Positions 1 through 9,957 of a stretch of DNA of 64,000 nt are shown one piece after another. This DNA comes from an uncultured cyanobacterium (lineage in GTDB: Bacteria > Cyanobacteriota > Cyanobacteriia > Cyanobacteriales > Nostocaceae). The notes below the pieces were generated by a model that worked only from the letters and a program-made list of their open reading frames with translations, searched no databases and was not told the origin of the DNA. Numbering within the stretch: the stretch's first letter is position 1; every line of letters begins with the position of its first letter. The position numbers were made by a program, and so were the translations under genes. The DNA lies in assembly GCA_963740315.1 (NCBI GenBank), contig CAVUDP010000004.1:704001-768000 (forward strand), read 5' to 3'.

Positions 1-2
1 CA

Positions 3-461
3 GAAGACTTATGTTTTGGTAGGGGCATTCACCCAGTTGGTCGTTTAGATGCAGACTCTACGGGAGCATTAATATTAACAAATGATGGGGACTTAACATT
101 TAAGCTTACCCATCCCCGCCATAACATCAAGAAAACATATCGTGTTTTGGTTAAAGGGCATCCACCAGAAGAAACTTTGCAGAAGTGGCGCGAGGGTGTT
201 CTTTTAGACAATAAAAAAACGCGAGCTGCCCAAGTGCAGTTAATAGAAAAGATAGCAGAAAATAGCCGTTTAGAAATAATTCTGGGGGAGGGAAGAAACC
301 GCCAAATTCGCCGTGTAGCGAAAAAATTGGGGTATCCGGTAATTGAGCTGCATCGTAGTGCGATCGGTTCGATACAACTGCAATTACCCAATAAAGAATA
401 TTTATCAGAAGGTAGCTTTCGCTACTTAACAGAGAAAGAAATTCTCTATTTACAAAAGTGA
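3..461 (+). CDS. rRNA pseudouridine synthase (RsuA/RluB family), 5' end outside window
   Basis: Frame is open from position 3 (EDLCFGRGIHPVGRLDADSTGALILTNDG), with the catalytic GRLD motif and the C-terminal EGRNRQIRR motif. Confidence 0.93.
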   Translation, partial: EDLCFGRGIHPVGRLDADSTGALILTNDGDLTFKLTHPRHNIKKTYRVLVKGHPPEETLQKWREGVLLDNKKTRAAQVQLIEKIAENSRLEIILGEGRNRQIRRVAKKLGYPVIELHRSAIGSIQLQLPNKEYLSEGSFRYLTEKEILYLQK

Positions 462-510
462 TTACAGGAAATTCCTATTAATGATTCAGCTGGTTCAAGG
501 AGCGCAAAAG

Positions 511-1308
511 ATGAAGTGGTTTAGAAGGAAGGAAAAAGAAAAAGCAGCTCCCACAACTTCTATAGAAGAGCAAAGAGCAGAAAAACTGGCACATATGGGC
601 GCACAATTAAGCGCTACACGGCAGCAATATGGCTTTTCGTTGGAAGACGTGGTAGCGTACACCAAAATTCCTCGAAGATTAGTAAAAGGTATAGAAGAAG
701 CAAACTTTGACGATCTACCAGAGCCAGTTTATATTCAGAGTTTACTTCGGCAATATGCTGATGCATTAGGCTACAAAGGAGCAGAATTTGCCAGTACATT
801 TCCTATAGGTACGAGTAAAGTAGTTATCGAACCCGTTTGGAAAAATCCATCATTAGTTAAACTGCGTCCAGTTTATTTTTATTTACTGTATGTATTTTTA
901 ATAATGGGTTCTGTAAGTGGTTTCTCGAATTGGTTGAATGGTGCCACTATGATGGCGAACGAGACTAAACCAGATGTTAAGTCCGATAATTTAGCCTCTA
1001 ACAACAAACCGACTCCGAGTAAACCAGAATCAGTAACTCAAACCAACAGCTTTTCCAAAAATCAAAAAGAAGTTCAAGTTGGAGTTACCTTAAAAGAATC
1101 ATCTTGGATTCAGGTAATAGCCGACGGTAAAACTACTTTTGAAGGAACCTTAGAAGAAGGAAGCAAACGTACTTGGACAGCACAAAAAGAACTCACCGTT
1201 AAAGCAGGAAACGCTGGAGGAGTTTTAGTCAGCGTCAATCAACAAGAAGCCAAGAAAATGGGTAAACCCGGAAAAGTTGAACAGCTTCGAGTAGCGCTGA
1301 GTCAGTGA
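511..1308 (+). CDS. rodZ: RodZ-like cell shape protein (HTH + TM + DUF4115-type C-terminal domain)
   Basis: N-terminal HTH with LPEPVYIQSLLRQYADALG, one TM helix, and C-terminal SWIQVIADGK...GNAGGV. Start could be 481 or 511. Confidence 0.8.
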   Translation: MKWFRRKEKEKAAPTTSIEEQRAEKLAHMGAQLSATRQQYGFSLEDVVAYTKIPRRLVKGIEEANFDDLPEPVYIQSLLRQYADALGYKGAEFASTFPIGTSKVVIEPVWKNPSLVKLRPVYFYLLYVFLIMGSVSGFSNWLNGATMMANETKPDVKSDNLASNNKPTPSKPESVTQTNSFSKNQKEVQVGVTLKESSWIQVIADGKTTFEGTLEEGSKRTWTAQKELTVKAGNAGGVLVSVNQQEAKKMGKPGKVEQLRVALSQ

Positions 1309-1310
1309 GC

Positions 1311-1348
1311 AGTTACCAGTTACCAGTTACCAGTTACCAATTACCAGT
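1311..1348 (+). repeat. Heptamer short tandem repeat (CAGTTAC)n, STRR-like
   Basis: About five CAGTTAC/CAATTAC units directly after the rodZ stop. Confidence 0.85.
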
Positions 1349-1471
1349 GAAGAGTCAAGAGTTAAGAGTTAATGATTCATAATTATTAAGGACTCTACCT
1401 TATTCGTCTTAACCTTACATAAACTGCATCTAGGTAAGTACTGCTAACTGGTCACTGATTACTGGTCACTG

Positions 1472-2980
1472 TTAACTGATTGGCGATCGCCCGAAAAATT
1501 CGACGAAATTCTTCATCCGCTCGGACAATTCGGAATTCATCGCTTCATGCCGATAACGCCATTCCCAGTTACCTTCTCCTTGACTGGGAATATTCATTCG
1601 AGCATTGGAACCCAATCCTAAAATATCCTGTAAGGGGAAAATCGCAACGTTAGCAACCGAACCCATTGCCAAGCGAATCAAATCCCAATGTACTCCGTCG
1701 GGGCTTATATCACCGAGATAAAAAGATAAATTGCGTTTTTCATCATCGTTGGCTTTCTCATACCAACCGACGGTAGTATCGTTATCGTGAGTTCCAGTGT
1801 AAATTACACAATTAGTATCTTGAACGTTAAAAGGTAAATAAGGATTGCTGGCATCTCCACCAAAAGCAAACTGCAAAACCTTCATACCGGGAAACTCAAA
1901 TTTATCTCTTAAAGCTTCCACATCTGGAGTAATAGTACCCAAATCTTCCGCTAATACGGGTAAAGTACCAAGCTGCTGTTTAATAGTTTCAAACAACTTA
2001 TCTCCAGGAGCTTTAACCCATTCACCATTTACCGCAGTTTCTTCACCCAAAGGTACAGCCCAAAAAGCTTCAAATCCCCGGAAATGGTCGATACGAATAA
2101 TATCCACATAATCGAGCATCGCTTCAAAACGCTGCACCCACCACTTAAAATTTTGCTTTTCCAACTGCTTCCAATCGTAAACCGGATTACCCCACAATTG
2201 ACCAGTAGCGCTGAAGTAATCTGGTGGTACACCCGCCATTAACGCAGCTTCTCCAGTCTCCTTATCCAAAGAAAAATTTTCCGGATTTCCCCAAACATCG
2301 GCGCTATCGTGAGCTACATAAATAGGAATATCGCCGATAATTTGCACGCCGCGATCGTTAGCGTATTCTCTTAACTCCGACCATTGACTATAAAATTGAA
2401 ACTGAAGAAACTTGTGATAAAAAACTTCTGAATCTAATTCTTTTTTCGCCTTTTCTACGGCTTCAGGTTTACGTTTAGCAATACCTTCATCCCAACTATT
2501 CCAGCTTGCGCCCCCGGTACTATCCTTAAGCGCCATAAATAAACTATAATCATCCAGCCAATAAGCCTTGGAACTGGAAAATTCTTCAAACGATTTTAGC
2601 TGTTCCTTAGTCATATTCGCTTTGAAATTAGCACAAGCTTTTTTCAACAAAGGAACTTTAGTCGATTCTAGCTGCTGATAATCCACATTATCCAGCGGAA
2701 ATTCGGGTAAATTAGCAAAATCATCTTCGCTCAGTAAACCTTCACCTACCAACTTATCCGGGCTAATCAACAGCGGATTACCCGCTAAAGCCGAATAGCA
2801 CATATAAGGAGAATTACCAAAACCAGTCGGACCTAAAGGTAGAATTTGCCAATAATGCTGAGAACTATCTTTGAGAAAATCAATAAAACGGTAAGCTTCA
2901 TGACCTAAATCGCCAATACCGAAGCGACTGGGGAAACTAGTAGGATGAAGTAAAATACCGCTGCTTCTAGGAAAAGACAT
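1472..2980 (-). CDS. malQ: 4-alpha-glucanotransferase (amylomaltase, GH77)
   Basis: RSSGILLHPTS, GDIPIYV, GVPPDYFSATGQLWGNP, RIDHFRGF, YTGTHDNDT. Confidence 0.97.
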   Translation of the reverse strand: MSFPRSSGILLHPTSFPSRFGIGDLGHEAYRFIDFLKDSSQHYWQILPLGPTGFGNSPYMCYSALAGNPLLISPDKLVGEGLLSEDDFANLPEFPLDNVDYQQLESTKVPLLKKACANFKANMTKEQLKSFEEFSSSKAYWLDDYSLFMALKDSTGGASWNSWDEGIAKRKPEAVEKAKKELDSEVFYHKFLQFQFYSQWSELREYANDRGVQIIGDIPIYVAHDSADVWGNPENFSLDKETGEAALMAGVPPDYFSATGQLWGNPVYDWKQLEKQNFKWWVQRFEAMLDYVDIIRIDHFRGFEAFWAVPLGEETAVNGEWVKAPGDKLFETIKQQLGTLPVLAEDLGTITPDVEALRDKFEFPGMKVLQFAFGGDASNPYLPFNVQDTNCVIYTGTHDNDTTVGWYEKANDDEKRNLSFYLGDISPDGVHWDLIRLAMGSVANVAIFPLQDILGLGSNARMNIPSQGEGNWEWRYRHEAMNSELSERMKNFVEFFGRSPIS

Positions 2981-3155
2981 AAAAAATCCTGACTATAGAA
3001 AAAGCATAACCAATCGAATCTATCACAATGTTAGTGGTTAAAAATAGGTCAAAGGTTAAAGGTTAAAGGTCAAAGGTAATAACTTCTTCATTTCCCTCCT
3101 CTCCTAGCTTCTAACTCTTTTAATCCAAAATCCAAAATTTAAAATCTAAAATTTC

Positions 3156-3587
3156 ATGACTTACCGCAATCCGGCTCCGACAGTAGATATCATCATCGAG
3201 TTAATTAACAAACCACATCGACCAATAGTATTAATCGAACGCCATAACGAACCTTTCGGTTGGGCTATTCCTGGCGGTTTTGTGGATTATGGGGAAGCTG
3301 TGGAAACTGCCGCTAGAAGGGAAGCTTTGGAAGAAATCGGTTTAGAAGTAGAGTTAATCGAGCAGTTTCACGTATATTCCGATCCCAAACGCGATCCACG
3401 CAAGCATACAATAAGTATTGTGTTTATTGCCACTGCAAAAGGCGAACCCAAAGCGGGAGATGATGCCAAAGATGCAGCGTTTTTTGAATCTTGGCGCGTA
3501 CCCGATAACTTATGTTTCGATCACGATCGCATTTTGCAAGATTATTGGCGATATCGGCATTATGGAATACGTCCTAATTGTTCGTAG
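3156..3587 (+). CDS. NUDIX hydrolase
   Basis: Nudix box [23 protein letters not shown]. Confidence 0.93.
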   Translation: MTYRNPAPTVDIIIELINKPHRPIVLIERHNEPFGWAIPGGFVDYGEAVETAARREALEEIGLEVELIEQFHVYSDPKRDPRKHTISIVFIATAKGEPKAGDDAKDAAFFESWRVPDNLCFDHDRILQDYWRYRHYGIRPNCS

Positions 3588-3940
3588 TAAGGACTTTAGT
3601 CCTTTTATCCGAAGATTTAGGATAAAAGGGCTCGTAGTAAGGACTTCAGTCCTTTCATCCGAAGATTTAGGATAAAAGGGCTCGTAGTAAGGACTTTAGT
3701 CCTTTTATCCGAAGATTTAGGATAAAAGGGCTCGTAGTAAGGACTTTAGTCCTTTTATCCAAGAATTTAGGATAAAAGGGCTCGTAGTAAGGACTTCAGT
3801 CCTTTCATCCAAGAATTTAGGATAAAAGGGCTCGTAGTAAGGACTTCAGTCCTTTCATCCAAGAATTTAGGATAAAAGGGCTCGTAGTAAGGACTTCAGT
3901 CCTTTCATGAGAGGGCTAAAGCCCTTACTACGAACTTAAG
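3581..3940. repeat. Tandem array of six 50-bp hairpin-forming units plus a terminal inverted-repeat unit (REP-like)
   Basis: CGTAGTAAGGACTTYAGTCCTTTYATCC...TTTAGGATAAAAGGGCT starts at 3583, 3633, 3683, 3733, 3783 and 3833. The unit at 3883 closes with AGGGCTAAAGCCCTTACTACGAAC. Confidence 0.95.
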
Positions 3941-3943
3941 GAA

Positions 3944-4060
3944 TGTAGGGTGTGTGATGGCGCGATCGCTAATTTTGATTGTAACCACAGATGTATGTTT
4001 TGCGCCTAACGCACCATTCTATGGTTAGGTTTTACATAAAATTTAGCGGTGCGTTGCTAC
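3944..4060. repeat. GTAGGGTGTG-family REP/MITE-like dispersed element (partial)
   Basis: Its reverse complement aligns with 11080-11187 (GCAACGCACCG...AATGGTGCGTTAG...GCGATCGC...CACACCC). Confidence 0.75.
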
Positions 4061-4062
4061 TT

Positions 4063-4195
4063 ACTTATGTTTCGATCGCGATCGCATTTTGCGAGATTAT
4101 TGGCGATATCGGCATTATGGGATAAGACCTAATTGTTCGTAGTAAGGACTTTAGTCCTTTCATGAGAGGGCTAAAGCCCTTACTACGAACTTAAG
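4063..4195 (+). repeat. Diverged direct duplicate of the NUDIX 3' end plus a single palindromic unit
   Basis: Matches 3508-3605 with a few substitutions, followed by the same closing palindrome as 3883-3940. Confidence 0.9.
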
Positions 4196-4295
4196 ATAAT
4201 ATGACAATTGCATAATTCTTATATTTATCTTTTTACAAGTCACCTTTAATACAAAAATAACGAGATTATACTGGGTAAGTTGTATTCAAAGGTGC

Positions 4296-5468
4296 ATGAT
4301 GAACGCTGAAGAGCTTTTAGAAAAATATAAAGCAGGCGATCGAAGCTTTCAAGAAGTAAACCTTAGAGGATTGGATTTTAAAGGTGCGAATTTAAGCGGA
4401 ATCGATTTGCGATCGGCAGATTTAACTGGATGCGATTTAAATCAAGTCTATTTGAGTAAAGCAAACCTGAATTCTGCAAATTTAAGTAGAGCATCCTTAA
4501 TAGAAGCAAATTTAAATGGAATACAAGGCTGTTATGCAAATTTTACTTTAGCAGAATTAGCTGGTGCTAACTTTAGTAAGGCTGATATGAGTAATGTTAA
4601 TTTTAGTAATGCCAACCTGCAAAACGCTAATCTTAGTGAAGCTAACTTAAATGGTACTAATTTAGAAAATGCTGATTTAACTAAAGCTGATTTGAATCAA
4701 ATCAGTTTAACAAGTACCAAACTCCAAAACGCTAATTTTAGCCAAGCTAATCTTCGAGGAGTTAGTTTATCTAATCGCGTTCTATCAAATATTAATTTAG
4801 CTGGAGCCGATTTAACAGCAGCGAACCTAAACAGTGCAAAGTTAAACAAAGCCTGTCTCCAAGCAGCAAATTTAGAAAGAGCCGATTTACAAAACGCCAA
4901 CCTTACGAAAGCCAACCTTAACAACGCCAACTTAAAAAAAGCCGATTTAACCAACGCGAATATTTACGGCGCTACATTTGAAAATGCAGACCTAACTGGT
5001 GCGATAATGCCAGATGGGGAAATCTATCAACCACAGATGGAATCCCATCAATCGGCAGCATACTCAATGGTGGAATCTATGACTCGTAAAGTTATTAAAA
5101 CTGATAACGCACCCGCACCCGTGGGACCTTATAATCAAGCTGTTATGGCATCCGGGCAAATGCTTTTCGTTGCGGGACAAATTGCGATCGATCCCAGGGC
5201 GGGAAATGTTGTCTACACTGACGATGTGACGAAGCAAACCGAACGAGTAATGTCTAATCTGGAAGCTATTTTAACGGAAGCTGGGGCTACGTTTGAGAAT
5301 GTCGTAAAGACTACTGTATTTTTAAAAGATATGGGTGATTTTGCGGCTGTGAATGCGGTTTATGCAAAATACTTTGATGAAGCATCTGCTCCCGCACGGG
5401 CTTGTGTTGAGGTTTCCCGTTTACCGAAGGATGTTTTGGTGGAAATTGAATGTATTGCAATGGTCTAA
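4296..5468 (+). CDS. Pentapeptide-repeat protein fused to a C-terminal RidA/YjgF domain
   Basis: About 220 aa of A(N/D)LxX repeats, then [12 protein letters not shown]...AGQIAIDP...[23 protein letters not shown]. Confidence 0.9.
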   Translation: MMNAEELLEKYKAGDRSFQEVNLRGLDFKGANLSGIDLRSADLTGCDLNQVYLSKANLNSANLSRASLIEANLNGIQGCYANFTLAELAGANFSKADMSNVNFSNANLQNANLSEANLNGTNLENADLTKADLNQISLTSTKLQNANFSQANLRGVSLSNRVLSNINLAGADLTAANLNSAKLNKACLQAANLERADLQNANLTKANLNNANLKKADLTNANIYGATFENADLTGAIMPDGEIYQPQMESHQSAAYSMVESMTRKVIKTDNAPAPVGPYNQAVMASGQMLFVAGQIAIDPRAGNVVYTDDVTKQTERVMSNLEAILTEAGATFENVVKTTVFLKDMGDFAAVNAVYAKYFDEASAPARACVEVSRLPKDVLVEIECIAMV

Positions 5469-5582
5469 AATTGAATTTAAATAAATGTTGTTATAACAAC
5501 AAATAATAATAACCATAGTTTTCCGAAATAGTCCTATTTAAAGTTGATTCTATAGACAAGTAGATTTGGCGAATAAATTATC

Positions 5583-5610
5583 AAGGTGGGCTTTGCTCGC
5601 CTTTTTTATT
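5583..5610 (+). terminator. Rho-independent terminator candidate
   Basis: AAGGTGGGC-TTT-GCTCGCCTT stem followed by a T run, downstream of the RidA fusion. Confidence 0.6.
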
Positions 5611-5642
5611 TGGAATTATTTAATTTTTCAATTAAACCAGCA

Positions 5643-6085
5643 TTAACACCATACTTTCTCAGTTTTCTTAATAACAATTGCCCTCACCCTCAATTTACAA
5701 TTGGGAAGTTGGCGATCGCTAGTTTCAATTTTTTGCAGACTATCGAAATTAGCTAAAATAACAATTCTGTCTCCAGGCTCTAAAGGTGATTTATCCCAGT
5801 AACTAGGCATAATTTTAGGACGAACTTGTTTGTATGTTTGATAAAGAATAGGTACGACTCCATACCCATAAGCAATTTCAAACAGGAAACATCCATTTAA
5901 AGTATTTCCTTGATAGAAATAGGAATTTCATCAACTTCCCACTTAATTTCTGCTTGTTTATCAATTGAAATAACAGGTACGTCAAAATCTTTGAGTAGCT
6001 TAACGCAATGTTGACCTAAACTACCCAAACCGCAAACAATGAAATGCGATCGCGTCGATTGATTGTGCTGTTCGGTTGATAACAT
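5643..6085 (-). pseudogene. Internally deleted and frameshifted TrkA-N/K+ channel-type NAD-binding protein
   Basis: N-terminal fragment HFIVCGLGSLGQHCV (Rossmann GxGxxG) stops at 5897. Another frame continues NTLNGCFLFEIAYGYGVVPILYQ...LEPGDRIVILA, resembling the C-terminal part of cyanobacterial TrkA-domain proteins. Confidence 0.7.
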
Positions 6086-6140
6086 TAGGAAATATATGTA
6101 ATATTTGGCTGCGGATATTAATAGCAATACAAATAACTAA

Positions 6141-6171
6141 TGTAGAGACGGCGTGCACACTGCAACGTCTC
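6141..6171. repeat. Degenerate GTAGAGACG-family REP palindrome
   Basis: TGTAGAGACG...AACGTCTC; same family as 15818, 18252 and 50877. Confidence 0.6.
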
Positions 6172-6407
6172 CTTAGATTTAAGGTTGTATAGATAATTTA
6201 GATAAACAGCAGAAATAGCAATAGAAAATAAAAATAAAATGTAGCATTACTATTAATTGTTAGTGATATGACAAAAAAGGTTTAATACAAATAGTAAATA
6301 AACCATAAAAACAATATTTTTTAATTATTTGATATTTAAAACACGCTGATGAAATAAATGATTTAATAATTAATTTAGTTTTTAATTTGTCTATGACTAT
6401 AATAAAA

Positions 6408-6443
6408 ATGGTGCGTTAGGCTGAAGCCATAACACACTCTACA
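6408..6443. repeat. GTAGGGTGTG-family REP half element
   Basis: ATGGTGCGTTAGG...CATAACACACTCTACA resembles the right end of the 11059-11187 element. Confidence 0.6.
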
Positions 6444-6473
6444 AAACGCTATATAAAGGAACAATAAAAACTG

Positions 6474-6504
6474 AAAAACCCGGCTTCAAAAAAACCGGGT
6501 TTCT
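6474..6504 (-). terminator. Hairpin/terminator downstream of the TPR gene
   Basis: AAACCCGG...CCGGGTTT inverted repeat with a T run on the minus strand. Confidence 0.5.
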
Positions 6505-6579
6505 AAATATTGATGCTATGTAATAGCAACTTGTTATATTTGTTCTAAAATTCAGAAAATTATTGTTTAACTATCATTA

Positions 6580-7692
6580 TTAGTTGTAATTATCTTCTGC
6601 TGTAACTGGTAATTGCGATTCTGAAGGTGCTTCTTCTACAAATCCAGAGGGTGCTTCTGGGGAAAACTCAATTTCACGATTCTCTGAAGATTGTTCTGCT
6701 TCATTGTTGCTAGGAATAACAACGGACGATTCGGGAGCAGCTTCAACTGCTGCTGGTGGGTTTTTCTGTTGAGATGAAATAATTTCTTGCATCAACTGCT
6801 CAATTACTTCTGTTTGCTCAACATTACCTTGTTTGCGATATTGTTTGTGGGCACGTCTGAGAACTTGCTGTGCTTTCCTCAATTCCCCTTGCTGATAAAA
6901 AGCTACTCCCAATTTATAATAAGCAGAAGGATTATTCGGAACCTTACGAATAGCTTGAATGTAAGTCTCTATCGCTTCAGGAGTTTGACCTCTAGCTGCT
7001 AATAAACTACCCAAATTGTTGTATGCTGTAATATTTTCGGGATTCAACTGCAAAACTTCGCGATAGGCAGAGATAGCTTTAGCTGTATCTCCTTGTTCTT
7101 GCAAAGCTAAACCTAAATTAAAATAAGCATTAGCATTACTTTTATCTAGATTAATCGATTGTTGATAAGCGGCGATCGCTTCTTCGTTTTGTCCTTGTTT
7201 GTACAGCGCCAAACCGAGATTATAATTTGCATTAGCCATTGTCGGCTCGACTACTAATGCTTGACGGTAGACGGTAATTGCGGCTTCGTATTGTTCTTGT
7301 TTATGCAGTGCTAAACCCAAATTATAATAAGCGTCAGCTAAATTGGGATTAAGACGAATAGCCTCGCCATACTCTTGTACGGCGGCATCCAAACGATTCT
7401 GCTGTAAAAAGATATTACCTAAATAATTCCGTGCCACACCAAGATTAGAATCGCGATTTAAAGCAGCCCTTAAAGCCAATTCAGCCCCTTGTAAGTCACC
7501 GCTGTTATACCGCATAACTCCTTGCTGAAACAAACCAGCAGCTTCCAAATCTTGAGTAACAGCAGTTTGCGCTAAAAGCTTATTTCCAGGTAACTCCGCG
7601 ATCGTTAATCCAACGAAAGCAGCACCGGAGCAAAATACTAAAGGAACGGAAGCACGAATAATACGCTGAATATTTGCAAATTTTTGAGACAT
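6580..7692 (-). CDS. Tetratricopeptide repeat protein, probably exported
   Basis: About seven TPR units (AYYNLGLAL...) and a hydrophobic N-terminal segment. Start at 7692 or 7710. Confidence 0.9.
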   Translation of the reverse strand: MSQKFANIQRIIRASVPLVFCSGAAFVGLTIAELPGNKLLAQTAVTQDLEAAGLFQQGVMRYNSGDLQGAELALRAALNRDSNLGVARNYLGNIFLQQNRLDAAVQEYGEAIRLNPNLADAYYNLGLALHKQEQYEAAITVYRQALVVEPTMANANYNLGLALYKQGQNEEAIAAYQQSINLDKSNANAYFNLGLALQEQGDTAKAISAYREVLQLNPENITAYNNLGSLLAARGQTPEAIETYIQAIRKVPNNPSAYYKLGVAFYQQGELRKAQQVLRRAHKQYRKQGNVEQTEVIEQLMQEIISSQQKNPPAAVEAAPESSVVIPSNNEAEQSSENREIEFSPEAPSGFVEEAPSESQLPVTAEDNYN

Positions 7693-7789
7693 TTTGGACT
7701 TTCTCTGCACTTATTGCTAGATGCTGTTTAAGTTAGAGTGCCCATTGTGGAGGGGAAAATTGAAATTTCTTTGGTAATTTTTTTTGGGA

Positions 7790-7865
7790 GAGGGGGATGG
7801 GGAGATGGGGAGATGGGGAGATGGGGAGACAAGGGGACAAGGAGACAAGGGGACAAGGGGACAAA
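7790..7865 (+). repeat. G-rich octamer repeats (GGGGAGAT / GGGGACAA)
   Basis: Direct reading of the sequence; mirrored by CCCCATG-type repeats at 7975-8035. Confidence 0.85.
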
Positions 7866-7869
7866 AGTT

Positions 7870-7942
7870 AGTAGTGCGAGCATCTTGCTCGCTATCTATA
7901 TGACCAGCCTATATGACCAGCGAGCAAGATGCTCGCACTACT
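7870..7942. repeat. REPIN-like doublet, GTAGTGCGAGCATCTTGCTCGCT family
   Basis: Perfect 24-bp inverted arms (7870-7893 and 7919-7942), each with an internal hairpin. A single arm recurs at 40530-40553. Confidence 0.9.
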
Positions 7943-8047
7943 TGATCTTATTTCCCGATGCCTAAAATGTCTAATGCCCAATCCCCCATGCCCCATGCCC
8001 CATTCCCCATGCCCAATTACCAATGCCCAATCCCCTTTGATAATTGT

Positions 8048-9250
8048 TCATTGATAATTGTTCGCTGATTCCGGTAAAATCAACATCGCATCACCGAAGG
8101 AATAAAAACGATATCTAGATGCGATCGCTTCCCGATATAGGTTTAATAATCTTTGTCTTCCAATTAATCCGCTTACCAACATCAGTAAACTCGATCGCGG
8201 TAAATGAAAGTTGGTAATCAATCCTTCTACTACTTTCCACTCATAACCCGGATATATAAATAAGTTGGTTTCGCCACAAAATGGCTGTAATTCCCCTTCT
8301 CCTGCTTTCGCCGCTCCTTCTAATGCACGTACTGCTGTTGTTCCTACTGCGATAATTCTTCCACCTTTGGCTTTGGTATCGCGGATTTTCTCTACTGTTT
8401 GTGCCGATACTTCAATCCATTCTCTATGCATTTCATGGGTTGTTACATCTTCTACTTCTACGGGACGAAATGTACCTACTCCCACGTGTAAGGTGATGAA
8501 AGCTCGATCGATGCCGGTTTCCTGCAATTTTTCTAATAACTCAGGAGTAAAATGCAATCCCGCTGTCGGTGCTGCAACTGCTCCGGGATTTTCGGCGTAA
8601 ACTGTCTGGTATTGTTGGCTTTCGGCATTACTCGTTGTGATGTAAGGCGGTAATGGTACTTCACCAAATGCATCTAATAGCTGTATCAAAGATATTGAGG
8701 GAGGTAAATCAAATTGCAGCAACCGCCCTCCTGTCGCTTCGTCTGTCTCTAAAACCGTAGCAATTAACTGCTTTATCGGTTCTAAACTATCTTCCTTGGC
8801 TTCAAAAATAATCTCGCTACCTTGTTTAAACCGCTTTCCTGGTTTAACTAAAGCCAACCAACAATTATGCTGTTTCTCTTCTAATAATAAAACTTCTATC
8901 TGCGCTCCGGTAGATTTACGTCCGTAAAGTCTCGCCGGTATGACTTTTGTATCATTCATCACTAATAAATCCCCCGGACGAAGAATCACTGGTAAATCTC
9001 GAAAAATTCGATGTGAATGTATACTTTGGATATCAGTATCAAGAGAATCTACTACTAATAAACGCGAACTATCTCTAGGAACGGCAGGATTTTGAGCAAT
9101 AAGTTCTGGAGGTAAATTATAATCATATCCATCAAGGGAACGGTCTAAATTAACATCTGTATTAATCTGACTTGAAGAGTTAACGCCTTGCGATGATTCG
9201 ATCCCCGACGCAGAAGAATTGGATTTTTCTATTGGAGGTGGTTGCTGCAT
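8048..9250 (-). CDS. queA: S-adenosylmethionine:tRNA ribosyltransferase-isomerase
   Basis: [52 protein letters not shown]. Confidence 0.97.
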   Translation of the reverse strand: MQQPPPIEKSNSSASGIESSQGVNSSSQINTDVNLDRSLDGYDYNLPPELIAQNPAVPRDSSRLLVVDSLDTDIQSIHSHRIFRDLPVILRPGDLLVMNDTKVIPARLYGRKSTGAQIEVLLLEEKQHNCWLALVKPGKRFKQGSEIIFEAKEDSLEPIKQLIATVLETDEATGGRLLQFDLPPSISLIQLLDAFGEVPLPPYITTSNAESQQYQTVYAENPGAVAAPTAGLHFTPELLEKLQETGIDRAFITLHVGVGTFRPVEVEDVTTHEMHREWIEVSAQTVEKIRDTKAKGGRIIAVGTTAVRALEGAAKAGEGELQPFCGETNLFIYPGYEWKVVEGLITNFHLPRSSLLMLVSGLIGRQRLLNLYREAIASRYRFYSFGDAMLILPESANNYQ

Positions 9251-9492
9251 TTATATTTAGGTTTGTTAACAAAAAAAAGTTAATACTATAGTTTATAAAA
9301 AAAATCTAGACTATTAGCCCTAAGTGAGATTGAGCATCCTGCTTTAGAATGAATTTTAAGTAATACGCAAATTTTACAATAAAAATTGGGTAAACCTCCC
9401 CATCTAAAAACGGGGGCTTCTACCCTACCGAATGCATAGGTCTATATATCAATAATAGATATGTAAGATTGGCTTTGATCCTAAGTACCAAG

Positions 9493-9882
9493 ATGGAATA
9501 CTTGTATTACCTGGCAAATGCCAGCTTGACTTTAAGAGTAGTTCAATATTTGCACGCTAGACCCCGGATTCCTGTTTCCTTTATCACCGTAATTCATCAA
9601 ATTGATGGTTGGGTGGTTAGAGTCAAGCTTGATTATCAGATTTCGCCAGATTTAGATGGCGATGTTCGGGCTTTTTTAAATGAACTAGGAATTCGCTACG
9701 AACCTCCAATGCGAGTGCAAATGGCACTTTGGAGTCTAGAAGCGCAACAAAATCCTGTTGAAGTTATGCGTCGCTATCAAGTGGCTATTGTTTCTCACGG
9801 TAGCCCCGACAAAGAAGAAATTGAAGCATTCCGGCAACAATTTGTTAGAGGCTTGGGTTATTGTCCCGAAACCCTAGCTTGA
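9493..9882 (+). CDS. Conserved cyanobacterial hypothetical protein
   Basis: Clean ORF MEYLYYLANASLTLRVV...GLGYCPETLA, which resembles a cyanobacterial conserved family by recall. Confidence 0.75.
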   Translation: MEYLYYLANASLTLRVVQYLHARPRIPVSFITVIHQIDGWVVRVKLDYQISPDLDGDVRAFLNELGIRYEPPMRVQMALWSLEAQQNPVEVMRRYQVAIVSHGSPDKEEIEAFRQQFVRGLGYCPETLA

Positions 9883-9957
9883 TTATTGCTGCTATTACAA
9901 TCGAGTAGTTATTAATTGATAATCTGTAATTGTTGCAAGTTTTATATATCACCAATA

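Noticed and set aside
3581..3940. Possible CRISPR array
   Set aside because: Units are contiguous near-identical 50-mers without unique spacers, and there are no cas genes in the window.
7738..7965. 75-aa ORF
   Set aside because: Translation of G-rich repeats and a REP doublet.
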